The notes under the pieces are model-generated. The model saw only the letters and a program-made list of their open reading frames with translations. It was not told the origin of the DNA and searched no databases. A DNA stretch of 64,000 nt from a virus. Position numbers and translations under genes: made by a program. Where the stretch lies: IMG/VR virus record IMGVR_UViG_3300021138_000007, positions 48,112-112,111 of that record; one strand, written 5' to 3'. This document shows positions 50,189-59,456 of this stretch, piece after piece. Position 1 is the stretch's first letter. Each line of letters begins with the position of its first letter.

Positions 50189-50306
50189 GGGCTTCGGCCC
50201 TTTTATTTTGTATCTTAAAATCTATGGACGGACGGTTATTATAATTTTTTTGAATTTTTATAAAATCATTGACTTCGATTATCATAAGGGGTATAATAAT
50301 TCTGTT

Positions 50307-50645
50307 ATGGAAATTTCAAAGCTCGAAAAGCCAAGTGTCGTCATTGCCAACGGGGTTGCCTATCTCGGAAAGGTTGTCGAAAAGGACAACAAAATCACAA
50401 TCGAAAACGCCTTTCCCCTTGGAACTCCAAAGGAAATCAAAGCCAATGACCTCATGGACTATATGGAAACTGCCTACAGTGAAAAGCTCACAAAGCTGAC
50501 TGTCGGCGGAACAAGCTCATGGACGTGCGTCGAACTTGATGAGGATTTGAGCATTTCTTGGGATGTCGCCAAGCTCAATCTAACTCGCGCTATCAAGCTC
50601 GGCCCCATCACTTGCGTTATTGACGCTTTCAACAAAATGCGATAA
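50307..50645 (+). CDS. hypothetical protein (MEISKLEK...)
   Basis: TTGACT-N17-TATAAT promoter immediately upstream. Confidence 0.6.
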   Translation: MEISKLEKPSVVIANGVAYLGKVVEKDNKITIENAFPLGTPKEIKANDLMDYMETAYSEKLTKLTVGGTSSWTCVELDEDLSISWDVAKLNLTRAIKLGPITCVIDAFNKMR

Positions 50646-50654
50646 AGGAGCAAC

Positions 50655-51152
50655 ATGAGAATTTTCTTTCCAGAAGAAAATTCTGTTACTGAGGGTACTA
50701 AGTCCTCAGTAACAGAAACTCAATCAAAACCCGCAAAAGCTCAAAATTCTTTCGAACTTGAAACAAAGTTGAAGGAAGTTGAATTTGAATTGAAGAAATG
50801 TCAGCAATCACTTAGGGATACTGAGCGTCGTTTGCAGGACGCAAAGCGCAATAATGTCAATATCTTTGAGACTGAAGTTAAAAATGTCAGGCTCATTGGT
50901 AGTGATAGCGACGGTGATCGTACCGAATGGTGCGCTAAAATGTTCCTTCACGAATCTGGTCATACCTTCTTTGTTCTTACAGAAGATGATGAGGAATGCG
51001 ATCTGTTGAATGAAGCAGTTGAAATTCTTGAGGGTGAAGAGGAGATCAAAATCCAAGGTGAAGCAATCGTTTTCTCTCCTAATTTAGCACGTAGATACGT
51101 TGTTGAATACGTGAGCGGATACGATGACGGTATTTGGCAACGATGTTATTGA
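50655..51152 (+). CDS. hypothetical protein
   Basis: AAGGAG SD. Confidence 0.65.
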   Translation: MRIFFPEENSVTEGTKSSVTETQSKPAKAQNSFELETKLKEVEFELKKCQQSLRDTERRLQDAKRNNVNIFETEVKNVRLIGSDSDGDRTEWCAKMFLHESGHTFFVLTEDDEECDLLNEAVEILEGEEEIKIQGEAIVFSPNLARRYVVEYVSGYDDGIWQRCY

Positions 51153-51226
51153 TTTGTAATAGATTGGAAAAAGGACTTTTCCAATCTATTACAGTTGACA
51201 ATTTTGTTTTTTGTTGGATATAATAT

Positions 51227-51307
51227 AAATGTAGCCAGTTGAAGTTCTTTACTCACCTGCTGGAAGACTCAACGTGAAAGAACGCAGGTAATCTTTCAGC
51301 TACATTT
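51227..51307 (+). ncRNA. candidate ~80-nt pseudoknotted small RNA
   Basis: TTGACA-N18-TATAAT promoter; closing stem AAATGTAGC/GCTACATTT; interleaved pairings GTTCTTT/AAAGAAC and ACCTGC/GCAGGT. Confidence 0.5.
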
Positions 51308-51386
51308 TTATTTTGTATCTTAAAATCTATGGACGGACGCTTTTTGTCATTTAATAGCTAAAGGAGAATTTCTTCTCCTTTAGCTA

Positions 51387-51545
51387 TTATTCTAAATCAG
51401 TAGGATTGATTTTGTTTCTTTCTGATTTAGAAGTTCTTTGATGTTTTGGACTTCCGTAAATAGCCGCATTCCCTGCCCAACGAAATTTGGTACACATAGA
51501 ACAGCGGATTTGACGCCGTGTTTTCTTTGACTTAAAGTGAGCCAT
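51387..51545 (-). CDS. 52-aa basic CxxC peptide (MAHFKSKKTRRQIRCSMCTK...)
   Basis: Manual translation; start overlaps the end of the upstream ORF. Confidence 0.5.
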   Translation of the reverse strand: MAHFKSKKTRRQIRCSMCTKFRWAGNAAIYGSPKHQRTSKSERNKINPTDLE

Positions 51546-51729
51546 CTTGAAGTCGCCTCATAGTTTCTCTTTCCTCATTATGGATAGATGAACGATCTTG
51601 TCTGTCTTTGCGTTTATGAACGCCCGTTCCTGCCTTTGATTGAGGAGTAGAATGAAAGAATCCGTCGAGATGATGCTTAGTTACATCTTTGGATGACATC
51701 GTGAATCGTCGCTTAGATTTGTTGCCCAT
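51532..51729 (-). CDS. small basic hypothetical protein
   Basis: GGAG SD; GTGVHKRKDRQDR. Confidence 0.55.
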   Translation of the reverse strand: MGNKSKRRFTMSSKDVTKHHLDGFFHSTPQSKAGTGVHKRKDRQDRSSIHNEERETMRRLQDGSL

Positions 51730-51858
51730 TTTTATGACTCCAATAAAGACATTATACCATACTTCAGCGCGAAATGTAACTTTTATTTTTACATCTTAAA
51801 ATAAACGATGAGACGCTTGTTACAATAAACTCGAAAAAACTCGATTTTTATATTGTAA

Positions 51859-52098
51859 TTAATTTTCCTTTTCTTCGATAAAGATATTATTATCTTTCAT
51901 ATAATTCACTGTTCCTACAAGTGACATACGTGGTTTGAAAGAATTACGAATGAAGCCAATAGCCTCATTTGGATTTACGAAAGGATATGGCTCACCTTCG
52001 GCATTCAGCATATATTTGGTCTTGTGAGTTTTTGGACTCACGGAAGCAAGATAAAACATGATACATATATCATACCCGAAAGTAAATAAATGATACAT
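51859..52098 (-). CDS. small hypothetical protein; start probably MFYLASV
   Basis: ORF track. Confidence 0.45.
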   Translation of the reverse strand: MYHLFTFGYDICIMFYLASVSPKTHKTKYMLNAEGEPYPFVNPNEAIGFIRNSFKPRMSLVGTVNYMKDNNIFIEEKEN

Positions 52099-52196
52099 GA
52101 TATTCTTGTGATTTTAAACGCAAAAATTAAACAACAAACGTCTGACCATAAATTTTAAGATGGTAAATAAAATGTGATATATGGTATACTGTAATC

Positions 52197-52463
52197 GTGG
52201 AAAATAATTTAGGGTTCGTTGGATATAGTGATCGCGGATATCCTATTTATGAACTTGATTGTCGAGCGCGTTGTTTCAAATGCAATGAACTTTTAGTAAA
52301 TACTGGTCATGATCGTTTCACAGGTCATAGAGGCGGATATTGCTGCAATTGTCATATGACTACAAGTTATGATCTTCCAGAGGAACGATTGCACTTTATT
52401 TACAATGAGATGATGGGACATCAGCAGGGATATCGCCATGAATCAACAACAGTAGTGGAGTAA
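52197..52463 (+). CDS. zinc-ribbon hypothetical protein
   Basis: CFKC...CCNC; TGGTATACT-N6-GTG. Confidence 0.55.
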   Translation: MENNLGFVGYSDRGYPIYELDCRARCFKCNELLVNTGHDRFTGHRGGYCCNCHMTTSYDLPEERLHFIYNEMMGHQQGYRHESTTVVE

Positions 52464-52467
52464 AAAC

Positions 52468-53319
52468 ATGAATGATCCAAAAGTAGTAGCAGAAGTTTTA
52501 TCAAAACTCGTGTTGTTTCCAGTATTTGTTTCCATGTCTTTTAAAAATACATCAAAAATTCAAAGATGTAAAATGAAAGATAATGTCTTATATGACAATG
52601 CTGGGAATATGTATTTTCCTACTCAAATGGATGGTAGTATTACTCCTCCATTTGGGACTTTTATTCATAAATATGGCAAAATCAGACAATATGAAGATGG
52701 TGATTATTATGCTTATTGTGGCACCGTAAAGCATGATATCACTCTTGAAAAATTGGAACAGTGGCAGAAAAAACCATTAAGAAAGTCATATGGTTCTGGG
52801 AAGTTTGGGAAAGAAATGTACGAAAGGGATGTCACTGCTTGGAAACTTACAACATTCAATAGCGTTGGGTGGAAAGAGTTTATCGAATTATTTCCAACGG
52901 AATATCCTGGATTTACTGTTTTGAAACAAATCGGCAATGAATCTTTTGTTCCCAAAGCAAAGGAAATCTATTTAGATAGATATGATTTTAATATCTATTA
53001 CAATGAATGGCCGCAAAGAGAAACGATTTTTGAATTTAGCGCCCATTATCCATTAAGTAATTATATGGATAAAATTGTCATGGATAATTGGGAACGACAG
53101 TACTGTCCTTGGTTTAACATGAAATGGGAATTTCAACATTTTGTTGACGAAATGTCATCAGAATTTATGAATACACATTTCTACAATAAAAATAATTGGA
53201 CATTTCATGATGGGGAACAGCATCGTGAATACGCAGTTTCCAAACCTGCAATGATTGAACTCCTGAATGCAGAAATTGTAAGAATCTGGAATCTGTACGA
53301 AGATAAGAAATACTATTAG
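52468..53319 (+). CDS. hypothetical protein
   Basis: 283-aa ORF. Confidence 0.7.
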   Translation: MNDPKVVAEVLSKLVLFPVFVSMSFKNTSKIQRCKMKDNVLYDNAGNMYFPTQMDGSITPPFGTFIHKYGKIRQYEDGDYYAYCGTVKHDITLEKLEQWQKKPLRKSYGSGKFGKEMYERDVTAWKLTTFNSVGWKEFIELFPTEYPGFTVLKQIGNESFVPKAKEIYLDRYDFNIYYNEWPQRETIFEFSAHYPLSNYMDKIVMDNWERQYCPWFNMKWEFQHFVDEMSSEFMNTHFYNKNNWTFHDGEQHREYAVSKPAMIELLNAEIVRIWNLYEDKKYY

Positions 53320-53430
53320 TATAAGGGGAAATTTTCCCCTTATACTAATAGTATTGAATTAAGCGTCTAATCATAAATTTTAAGATACAAAATAAAATGT
53401 GGTATGTGGTATACTGAGTGTGGAGTAAAC

Positions 53431-54054
53431 ATGAATACTACTGCTCGTGTCTTAACATCTTCTCGCGGCAAGACAGTTACAACAGAATTGACTGATGAAC
53501 AGGCTTATGTGATCTGTAAAACGCTTAAAGGCGAGTTTATTGAAAGCATTACAAAGCGTCCATTCGTTCGCTTGACGCCCGATCAAATCGTTTGGCTACA
53601 TATCTACGCTCAACCAAAGCCAGAGCCACAAAAAGTCAAAATCACTGACAACTTTTCAAACATTATTGCACTATTTAATAGTGCAGTAAATTCCAAGTTG
53701 CTTAGACCTAAAATTCGCTTGTCAGTAAACGGATTTAACATCAAAATCAGCATGGCTTCTAAACATAGCAAGAATGCTGGTTATGTCTATGTGACAAGTG
53801 GCGTTACTGGGGCCGTAAATGACTATTACGGCAAGATTAGTCCCGAAGGTGAGTTCTACCCTGGAAAGAACTGTTTCGACGGTTTATATGCGTTTTTAGA
53901 GCGGTTTAGCGCATATCCTGCGGAAGTGGCGGCGGAATATGGTAAACGCACTGGAAGATGCTGTTTTTGCGAACATGAGTTGACTGATGATCGCTCAGTC
54001 AAAGTAGGCTATGGGCCTATCTGCGGTAGACATTATGGCTTGCCTTGGAATTAA
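53431..54054 (+). CDS. DUF6011-domain protein
   Basis: C-terminal YG..TG.CCFC...LTDDRSV.VGYGPIC. Confidence 0.78.
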   Translation: MNTTARVLTSSRGKTVTTELTDEQAYVICKTLKGEFIESITKRPFVRLTPDQIVWLHIYAQPKPEPQKVKITDNFSNIIALFNSAVNSKLLRPKIRLSVNGFNIKISMASKHSKNAGYVYVTSGVTGAVNDYYGKISPEGEFYPGKNCFDGLYAFLERFSAYPAEVAAEYGKRTGRCCFCEHELTDDRSVKVGYGPICGRHYGLPWN

Positions 54055-54210
54055 TTAAAATGGCAGTAAGAAATTGCTGCTATTTTAATTAAACAACAAT
54101 AATCGTCGCGCCATAGATTTTAAGACGTAAAATAAATTGCTGATTTTTAAGCAATAAATAAGCGTAGATTCTTTCGTATATATGGGTATACTCTTGATCA
54201 CGAGGTTGAA

Positions 54211-55101
54211 ATGAAGAGTTCCAAACCAAATAGTTATGATCTTATCACTGATCGCATGATCCAAGCGTTAGAAAATGGCACTTGTCCTTGGCGCAAACCT
54301 TGGTCCGCTTGCGGTAATGCCATCAACGCGGTATCAGGAAAGCGGTATCGTGGTGTAAACGTCTTTATGCTTGCTTTTAACGATTATGCTGACCCCCGTT
54401 GGTTGACGTATAAGCAGGCGCAAGAATTGGGCGGTAACGTCAAGACGGGCGAAAAGGGTACTTATATCTACTTTTATAAGTGGGTACAAAAGCCCGATGC
54501 AAATGACCCTAGTAAGGTGGCAACGTATCCTTTATTCCAAAGGTTCGTAGTATTCAACGTCTCACAATGCGAAAATCTGAAGCTGAAACCACTGGAAGTT
54601 AAGGACGATAACGAACCATTGGTAAAGGCCGAAGCAATTATCGAGTACATGAGTAACAAGCCCGTTGTACGATTCGGCGGCAATAGAGCTTGTTACCATC
54701 CTACTACTGACGTAGTTTGTATGCCAACCTTGCAAAGTTTCGACAGTTCAGAAGAGTATTACAGTACGTTCTTTCATGAACTTGCTCACGCTACTGGACA
54801 TTCGTCACGTCTTAACCGTAAAGAAATTACAGAATCCAAGGTGACTTTTGGTGATTGTGACTACTCCAAAGAAGAACTTGTGGCAGAACTCACCGCCTCT
54901 ATGGTATGTTGCACTCTTGGAATTGACAATAATCAGTCATTCGAGAACTCAGCAAGTTACCTTCGTAATTGGCTTGGCGTACTAAAGAAAGATATGAAAA
55001 TCTTTGCAGAAGCCGCTGGTAAGGCACAAAAAGCCGCTGACTTCATTATGGGAGTATCTTTCGCTCAGGAACAAGACAGTACCGAAGAACTCGCGGCATA
55101 G
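54211..55101 (+). CDS. ardC: ArdC-like antirestriction/ssDNA-binding protein with zincin domain
   Basis: PWRKPW, YRGVN, WLTYKQA...GG.V..GEKG, VFNVSQ, HELAHATGH..RL.R, YS.EELVAEL, SASYL..W. Confidence 0.92.
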   Translation: MKSSKPNSYDLITDRMIQALENGTCPWRKPWSACGNAINAVSGKRYRGVNVFMLAFNDYADPRWLTYKQAQELGGNVKTGEKGTYIYFYKWVQKPDANDPSKVATYPLFQRFVVFNVSQCENLKLKPLEVKDDNEPLVKAEAIIEYMSNKPVVRFGGNRACYHPTTDVVCMPTLQSFDSSEEYYSTFFHELAHATGHSSRLNRKEITESKVTFGDCDYSKEELVAELTASMVCCTLGIDNNQSFENSASYLRNWLGVLKKDMKIFAEAAGKAQKAADFIMGVSFAQEQDSTEELAA

Positions 55102-55262
55102 GAATAACATTAAAAGTAAGGAAAGCAATTTCCTTACTTTTAATTTGCGTCTTAAAAAACATGGACGGACATTTATTGTTATTATGTTTAATAATGATAA
55201 ATTGCTATCCAAAAAGCAATAAATAATAGCTCATATGTATCATGTAATGGTATACTATCTAT

Positions 55263-55514
55263 ATGCAGCTAACCCTCACGTACCGAGAAGCATTAAGTTT
55301 GATTGCAAGAGAACACTGTGTGCGTCCTGAAGATGTAAATATCATTGGATTAGGGTCTGATGATATTATTCAGGCTCTCAAAGATGATGACAAACTGAAT
55401 GCCATTAAACTCGCAAGATATAAGTATGGCATGGGTTTGAAAGATGCAAAAGAATTCGTTGAAAAGATCGGCACAACTGATCCTGACATTTTGGTGGTGG
55501 TGACAAACACATAA
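55263..55514 (+). CDS. ribosomal protein L7/L12 C-terminal-like domain protein
   Basis: KLNAIKLAR...GMGLKDAKEFVE. Confidence 0.7.
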   Translation: MQLTLTYREALSLIAREHCVRPEDVNIIGLGSDDIIQALKDDDKLNAIKLARYKYGMGLKDAKEFVEKIGTTDPDILVVVTNT

Positions 55515-55729
55515 TGTGGCAAGAAAGAATCAAAACACGTTTCGTTGAAGAATACGCCTATACTCGCAATAATGTTCTTTGCGGTAAAGTGAGGTCAAAT
55601 CCTTTCTTAATTCGTATTGTTGCAGAAGTTTATATCCCCAAGGATGGAGAACTTCAAGGCAAGACACTGACATTTCGTTGCAGTAAAATCGACGATGCAA
55701 AACACATTGTCGAAACATACTTCAAATAA
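55514..55729 (+). CDS. hypothetical protein
   Basis: Translationally coupled (TAATG). Confidence 0.55.
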   Translation: MWQERIKTRFVEEYAYTRNNVLCGKVRSNPFLIRIVAEVYIPKDGELQGKTLTFRCSKIDDAKHIVETYFK

Positions 55730-55822
55730 GGGCTTCGGCCCTTTTTATTTGCGTCTTAAAAAACATGAGAAGACCTTTATTTCAATATTAAAACAAAAAG
55801 CCTGTTTTGCAGGCTAGTTGTT

Positions 55823-56230
55823 TTAACTAAAGTTATCGTAATACATCAAATCATAAGTGCCAGGTCCATGCTTAATATCATGAGTTTCTTTACATCTCAT
55901 AAGTTGATTTGGCCCTAGATCGGCCCGATTCTTTTGAAGATATTCGTTTGTCAAAGGTTCAGTACGATTGAAACTTCTTTTAGTGATGATATTAATCATC
56001 TCTTGCGGGGTAATCTCGGCACCGTATTCGTCTAAAATTCCGTATTCAGGATTATTGAATTGTTCGATCCATTCTTCAAGAGTTTTGAAAACAGTAGCAC
56101 AAAGTAAAAAACACCAGCCAGCAGATGATTTGCCGATATGCACGTTTTTTACTTGTACTTCCAAGAATAAATCTGATTCTGGAAGATTTTCAGGTTGTTT
56201 TCTCCTGTAGAGATAATAGTTCGTACCCAT
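55823..56230 (-). CDS. hypothetical phage protein
   Basis: MGTNYY...HIGKSSAGW.F...I.DEYG motif pattern. Confidence 0.7.
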   Translation of the reverse strand: MGTNYYLYRRKQPENLPESDLFLEVQVKNVHIGKSSAGWCFLLCATVFKTLEEWIEQFNNPEYGILDEYGAEITPQEMINIITKRSFNRTEPLTNEYLQKNRADLGPNQLMRCKETHDIKHGPGTYDLMYYDNFS

Positions 56231-56350
56231 ATATCTAGTATACCATAGATTTCGAAAATTAAATACATATTTTTAAAGTAAATGTCTTCCCACGATTTTT
56301 AAGATACAAAATAAAAGTGTGAGAATTACTATTCCCACACTTTTACTATT

Positions 56351-56752
56351 TCATCCAAAGATGATTTCGTCAAATACAGCAAATTGGATAATGCAGTCCG
56401 CAACTTCTGCATCCATATCTTCAAGAAAATTGATTGTCTTTTTCCATTCTGCGTACTTCTTGATGCCTTCTTTGAGTGAATCAAGTGTTAATGGAATATA
56501 GTTTTCATAATCATCCGTGCTGAACGGTTGTCCTGTTTCAGTATCGTACAATTCCCATCTGAATCCTTCAGGGCTATAGTATTCGTCGCTTGTGGGGTCG
56601 CTAGGTTGTGTTCCTTCAACCAATCTGGCTTCGGCACACCAATAGTCAATACCGCCTTCAAATGCCGTGCAAATGATTTCATTGATTTGCAGTTGCGTAA
56701 GAGGGCGATCAAGCGTGACCTGAATAGTGCAAATAACTTTTGTTTCTGGCAT
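56351..56752 (-). CDS. hypothetical phage protein
   Basis: A.EGGI.YW...DAE.AD.I.Q.A.F.E...G. Confidence 0.7.
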   Translation of the reverse strand: MPETKVICTIQVTLDRPLTQLQINEIICTAFEGGIDYWCAEARLVEGTQPSDPTSDEYYSPEGFRWELYDTETGQPFSTDDYENYIPLTLDSLKEGIKKYAEWKKTINFLEDMDAEVADCIIQFAVFDEIIFG

Positions 56753-56885
56753 AGCATCAATAGTATACCATAGATTTCGAAAAAATCAATAGCCCTCGAA
56801 AATAAAAGTGTCTCGCCATGATTTTTAAGACGTAAAATAAATTCGAAAAAACTTCGATTTTTGAAAAATGTGTGGTATAATATTT

Positions 56886-57019
56886 GCGTTGAGTGGTAAA
56901 GATAGTTCGAAATGTCTTGCCCGTTGAAGTACAAGACGCATCAACTAGCCAGAGAAGCGGGTTCGATTCCCGTTATGGGCAATCTCATATAGCATTAAGT
57001 GGGTAATGCGCTGGTGAAA
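56886..57019 (+). ncRNA. YrlA-like Y RNA / circularly permuted tRNA mimic
   Basis: In order: GCCAG, T-arm GCGGG-TTCGATT-CCCGT, acceptor stem TATGGG-CAAT-CTCATA closed by a loop, TA, D-arm GCATT-AAGTGGGT-AATGC, G, CTGGT (pairs with GCCAG). TGGTATAAT promoter upstream and terminator at 57020-57057. Confidence 0.72.
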
Positions 57020-57084
57020 GTATAGAGAAATAAACGAATAGTTTTATTTCTCTATACGAATAAATTCTGAGGTATACTGTAATC

Positions 57085-57333
57085 ATGCTCAAAAACGACA
57101 GACCTTTTCTCACTGAATTGCGATCCATCTATAATGGAGCTTTAGCGGCTCATATCAATAAGATTAAAAGCCTAATGAAAGAGGCCGCAGCAGAAGGGGC
57201 AAATTACATTGTTTATAAAATGCCTTTGGGTCCAATGTCAAGCAAAATTCAAGTTCTTTTTCAAGCAGAAGAGGGGATTCGAGTTTCTGGAACTGACGAG
57301 GGCCTTTACATTACTTGGACTTGGGAAGATTAG
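57085..57333 (+). CDS. hypothetical protein, paralog of 62656-62910
   Basis: AA.EG and L.I.W shared; GGTATACT-N6-ATG. Confidence 0.6.
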   Translation: MLKNDRPFLTELRSIYNGALAAHINKIKSLMKEAAAEGANYIVYKMPLGPMSSKIQVLFQAEEGIRVSGTDEGLYITWTWED

Positions 57334-57346
57334 GTATACTGTAATC

Positions 57347-57604
57347 ATGGCAAAAATTGAATACCTGCTCACTGCGTTAGATGATAAAGGTAATATTCTG
57401 GCGAGAAAAATTCATATTGGACAACAGAATGGCACTCAGCGCGGTATCCAAAGAGCTTTCGATAACGCACGTAAAAAATCAGTGCTTTTGTTGGATTCTG
57501 TTCCAAACGCCAAACGATGCGAAATGGAAAGAATTTTCAAAACAGATAACAATCAATACACGGATTCGTATGGTACAATTATCGAAGGATTCACATGGAA
57601 GTAA
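57347..57604 (+). CDS. hypothetical protein (MAKIEYLL...)
   Basis: AGGTATACTGTAATCATG, identical to the start of the preceding gene. Confidence 0.6.
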   Translation: MAKIEYLLTALDDKGNILARKIHIGQQNGTQRGIQRAFDNARKKSVLLLDSVPNAKRCEMERIFKTDNNQYTDSYGTIIEGFTWK

Positions 57605-57831
57605 AAATTCTTGATCAATTGTTTGAAATGCAATCTACTGAAAATGACGGCAGAGGCATTTCAGCAGTACGTGAATTAGTCAAAATACTGCGTAATCCAG
57701 ACCATACGCAAGAACAACTGAAAACCGCAGTTTACTGGGATTGGGATAAAATTGCAAATTATCCTGAGATTGCAAACTTCATCAAGAAAAACATCTATGA
57801 TGATTCGACAATGTATGTTCGTGAGGTATAA
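57595..57831 (+). CDS. hypothetical protein
   Basis: ORF track. Confidence 0.55.
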   Translation: MEVKILDQLFEMQSTENDGRGISAVRELVKILRNPDHTQEQLKTAVYWDWDKIANYPEIANFIKKNIYDDSTMYVREV

Positions 57832-57839
57832 TTAAAGAG

Positions 57840-58205
57840 ATGAGCAGTTTCTATATTGATTTTCCCAAAAGCAAAGTGACATCGTACTTCGAGTCTATTG
57901 GTTTTGCACAAGTCTACTATCAGCCACACACTCCGATGGGTGGCGGCGGAAATACCATTGGTAAAGTGATATACGATGGTAATGATCACATTGTGCATAT
58001 CACCAACAACGCAGGCGAAGCCTATTCAGAATGGAATCTTGAGAAATTGGAGAATGAATGCGTTATCGAAATTGATATCAATGATAAAGCATTGCGATTC
58101 AAAAACAAAAACTACACTATCGAATTCGTTCCCAAAACTCTTGATCAAATCAAAAAATATTACAAGAGCGAATTCGGTGTGAACTGGCTGAAAACTGGAC
58201 GTTAA
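57840..58205 (+). CDS. hypothetical protein
   Basis: GGTATAAT-N7-ATG; UUCG terminator. Confidence 0.6.
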   Translation: MSSFYIDFPKSKVTSYFESIGFAQVYYQPHTPMGGGGNTIGKVIYDGNDHIVHITNNAGEAYSEWNLEKLENECVIEIDINDKALRFKNKNYTIEFVPKTLDQIKKYYKSEFGVNWLKTGR

Positions 58206-58308
58206 AAAGGGCTTCGGCCCTTTTTTATTTTACATCTTAAAATTCATGATGGGACGATTGTTGATACTTTATGTTAAATGCCCTTTTCAGGGCATTTAAC
58301 GTGGTATT

Positions 58309-58530
58309 TTAGACAAATACAGGTACGACTGTAGCGTATGTTGGTGGTAAGAATATTGCATCAGTCAATGCTTGCACTGAATCCTCATCCTCATCGCTCC
58401 AGTTCTCGCAACCCATATTGAGGAAAAACGCCATAGTTTCGGCCAAAACCTGAAATTGACGGGTGAGGTCAAACTTCAAGAGGGCATTAAAAGCCCAATC
58501 CAACTGTTCATAGAGTGATTTATTCGGCAT
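58309..58530 (-). CDS. hypothetical protein
   Basis: Own minus-strand promoter. Confidence 0.55.
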   Translation of the reverse strand: MPNKSLYEQLDWAFNALLKFDLTRQFQVLAETMAFFLNMGCENWSDEDEDSVQALTDAIFLPPTYATVVPVFV

Positions 58531-58675
58531 AGCATAGATAGTATAGCATAGTTTGACGAGAAAGTCAAATTTATTTTACATCTTAAAATCTATGGCGGGA
58601 CCAGCTTTGCAATATTTTAAAAATTATATAAATAGTTGACTATTACTTGTGAGCGTCAGGTATACTTATTTTACT

Positions 58676-59359
58676 ATGCTAAAGACTTATGCCACTGCGA
58701 TGACTGGCAATTCTAAACTTGGCAGTGGGGTCGCAACGACATATAGGCCCGTCGGCAACGCAGGTACGTCTGAGGGGACGTGTGCTGGCAGTTGCGCCAT
58801 GCTGAATAATGGTTGTTATGCTCAAACCAATCCGTTTGTTGCAAAATGGCATAATACAGCAAAGTCCACCAATCATGATCTTGACGTTCTATTGCAAGAA
58901 GGAGCTAATTTAGTTCGTTTACATACTGCTGGCGACTTTTTTAAGTCTAACGGTAACGGCGGTTGGGAATTGGATTTAGATTATGTCATGGCAGTAATTC
59001 AGTTCTGTAAAGATAATCCCAAGATTACGGTGTGGACATATACTCACGATTTTAAGGAATTTATTAAGCATAATTTAACTTATGCTAAAAATGCTTTCCC
59101 TAGCAATTTTTATTTACTTGCGTCAGTAGATACGCTTGTAGATAAGTATATTGCCACAAGTCACGGGTTTAAGACTGCAAGAGTCATTATGACTGAAACT
59201 GATAAAGACCCAAGCGAAACATTTTGCCCGTATGATCTACAATCCTCACGCGGGATTAAACCTACTGTAAAATGTTCTACTTGTAAGTTGTGCTTTAACG
59301 ATAAACACAAAAAGGACATTGCATTTATCGCCAAATTGCCAAAAAAGTACAGAAAATAA
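58676..59359 (+). CDS. Gp88-like Fe-S/radical-SAM-related phage protein
   Basis: GNSKLG; TC..SC.....CYA; RLH..GDF; WTYT; ASVD; CP...C..CKLC. Confidence 0.65.
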   Translation: MLKTYATAMTGNSKLGSGVATTYRPVGNAGTSEGTCAGSCAMLNNGCYAQTNPFVAKWHNTAKSTNHDLDVLLQEGANLVRLHTAGDFFKSNGNGGWELDLDYVMAVIQFCKDNPKITVWTYTHDFKEFIKHNLTYAKNAFPSNFYLLASVDTLVDKYIATSHGFKTARVIMTETDKDPSETFCPYDLQSSRGIKPTVKCSTCKLCFNDKHKKDIAFIAKLPKKYRK

Positions 59360-59456
59360 TCGGGCTTTGGCCCTTTTATTTTACGTCTTAAAATCTATGG
59401 GCGGACGATTATTGCAAATTTATAAAATATTGGGATATATTACTATCCCAATATTT

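Noticed and set aside
56948-57015. Canonical tRNA gene
   Set aside because: Arms are in permuted order, acceptor stem is loop-closed, and there is no anticodon loop or CCA end
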